Shown: piece by piece, positions 14,405 to 15,299 of the stretch
Position numbering within the stretch: the first letter of the stretch is position 1
How the letters are laid out: every line of letters begins with the position of its first letter
Source: Armatimonadota bacterium
Lineage (GTDB): Bacteria > Armatimonadota > UBA10988
Direction of reading: 5' to 3'
Assembly (NCBI GenBank): GCA_016235455.1
Contig: JACRKZ010000142.1
Span: forward strand, 1-15,299
DNA length: 15,299 bases
Program-made: the position numbers and the translations under genes
The notes under the pieces: generated by a model
What the model saw: the letters and a program-made list of their open reading frames with translations, nothing else
The model's database searches: none
What the model was told of the DNA's origin: nothing

Positions 14405-15299
14405 TCACCGCTTGAGCAGCACCTGCACATCGGACCCCGTGGCGTCGTAGTCCAGGTTGCCGGCCGGTCCCGGCGTCACTGCGAAGTCGATGACGGTGCC
14501 CACCTGGGCGTCGACGGGCAGCTCGAAGCGCCGCTCCGTGGGCGTGGTCGGCCCGCCGATGGGCTGGTCGTAGAGCGGCTTGCCGTCGACCAGCACCAAG
14601 ACCGTGCAGCCGTCGCCCTGGCGGTCGCGCTCGAACTGGCCGCGAAGCACCAGTTGGCCGGCGACGGTCGACACCCAGCGGCGGATGGCCCACACGGCCT
14701 TGCCGCCGCGCACCTGCGGGTGCAGCGTGTCGGCGCTGGCGCCGAGGAACGGCAGCGGCCCGGCCCACTGCTCGCCCCACTGGTCGGCCTTGGCCTCGAA
14801 CGGCTGGAAGGCGGCGGGCTGGTACTGTCCCTGATTGGCATCAAAGTACCCGTAGTGCCAGCCCGATTCGCCCTGGGCCTTGGTGGTAAAGTCGGCCGCG
14901 GAATCCGCTACGACGCGGAGCGGGCCGGGCCCCTCGGTCACCTTGGCCACGCGGCCGAGCAGGTAGAACGGCGTGTCGTCGACGGCCAACTCCACTACGC
15001 CGCCCGGTGTGGCCACGGGCGAGCGGTTGCCCATCAGGTCGACCTTGACCAGCCCGTCGGCGCCATCCAGGCGGATGCGGCTGAGGTTGGCGGCCCAGCA
15101 GACGCGCAGTTCCTCGCCGCCGCGGTCGAAGCGCATGACATAGGTGCGCGAGTAGGGCTCCTCGGCCTCGCGGGCGACGAACCGCGCCCCGGCCAGCAGG
15201 CGCACCATGGCGGCCATGGCGCCGTAGGCCGGCGCGGGCGAGTAGGCGCCGCGTGGGTCTTTCGGGTCGTGCACGAGGCCCATGCCCACGAAGTCGTTG
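14405..15299 (-). CDS. 3' part of a putative glycoside hydrolase-like protein with C-terminal beta-sandwich domain (5'-partial)
   Basis: Frame is open to the window edge (NDFVGMGLV...). GLV...PAPAYGA resembles the last strand/helix of clan GH-A barrels, followed by a VADSAADF..QG..GWHYGY...RRWVS...GDG domain. Confidence 0.55.
   Translation of the reverse strand, partial: NDFVGMGLVHDPKDPRGAYSPAPAYGAMAAMVRLLAGARFVAREAEEPYSRTYVMRFDRGGEELRVCWAANLSRIRLDGADGLVKVDLMGNRSPVATPGGVVELAVDDTPFYLLGRVAKVTEGPGPLRVVADSAADFTTKAQGESGWHYGYFDANQGQYQPAAFQPFEAKADQWGEQWAGPLPFLGASADTLHPQVRGGKAVWAIRRWVSTVAGQLVLRGQFERDRQGDGCTVLVLVDGKPLYDQPIGGPTTPTERRFELPVDAQVGTVIDFAVTPGPAGNLDYDATGSDVQVLLKR

Overview
High-GC bacterial window, no rRNA, tRNA, CRISPR or transposase. 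Left third (<1-4630, + strand): a tandem array of five divergent paralogous membrane proteins plus a 55-aa mini-paralog missing from the ORF track. Members share an N-terminal W-x-P-x-x-x-x-I-x-x-W-L motif, a hydrophobic hairpin, a beta-rich domain resembling bacterial PH/YcxB, and a C-terminal doubled motif (R/H)GLS-x9-RG(L/I)S with fixed spacing. DNA spanning the gene junctions is near-identical or identical: a ~360/270-bp repeat carrying a nested REP-like palindrome, and a perfect 85-bp repeat. Gene bodies are divergent, which suggests a recombining cassette-like array. This is the best candidate for an undescribed system. Middle (+): Nudix hydrolase, DUF169-like protein, URO-D-like protein, secreted beta-helix (GH141-like) protein. 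Right (-): VOC protein, Gfo/Idh/MocA oxidoreductase, metallophosphoesterase-PQQ-propeller fusion, an M6-like metalloprotease with a possibly frameshifted 5' end, and the 3' part of a putative glycoside hydrolase. Several REP-like palindromes lie in the intergenic spaces. All family calls come from reading motifs by eye; no searches were run.
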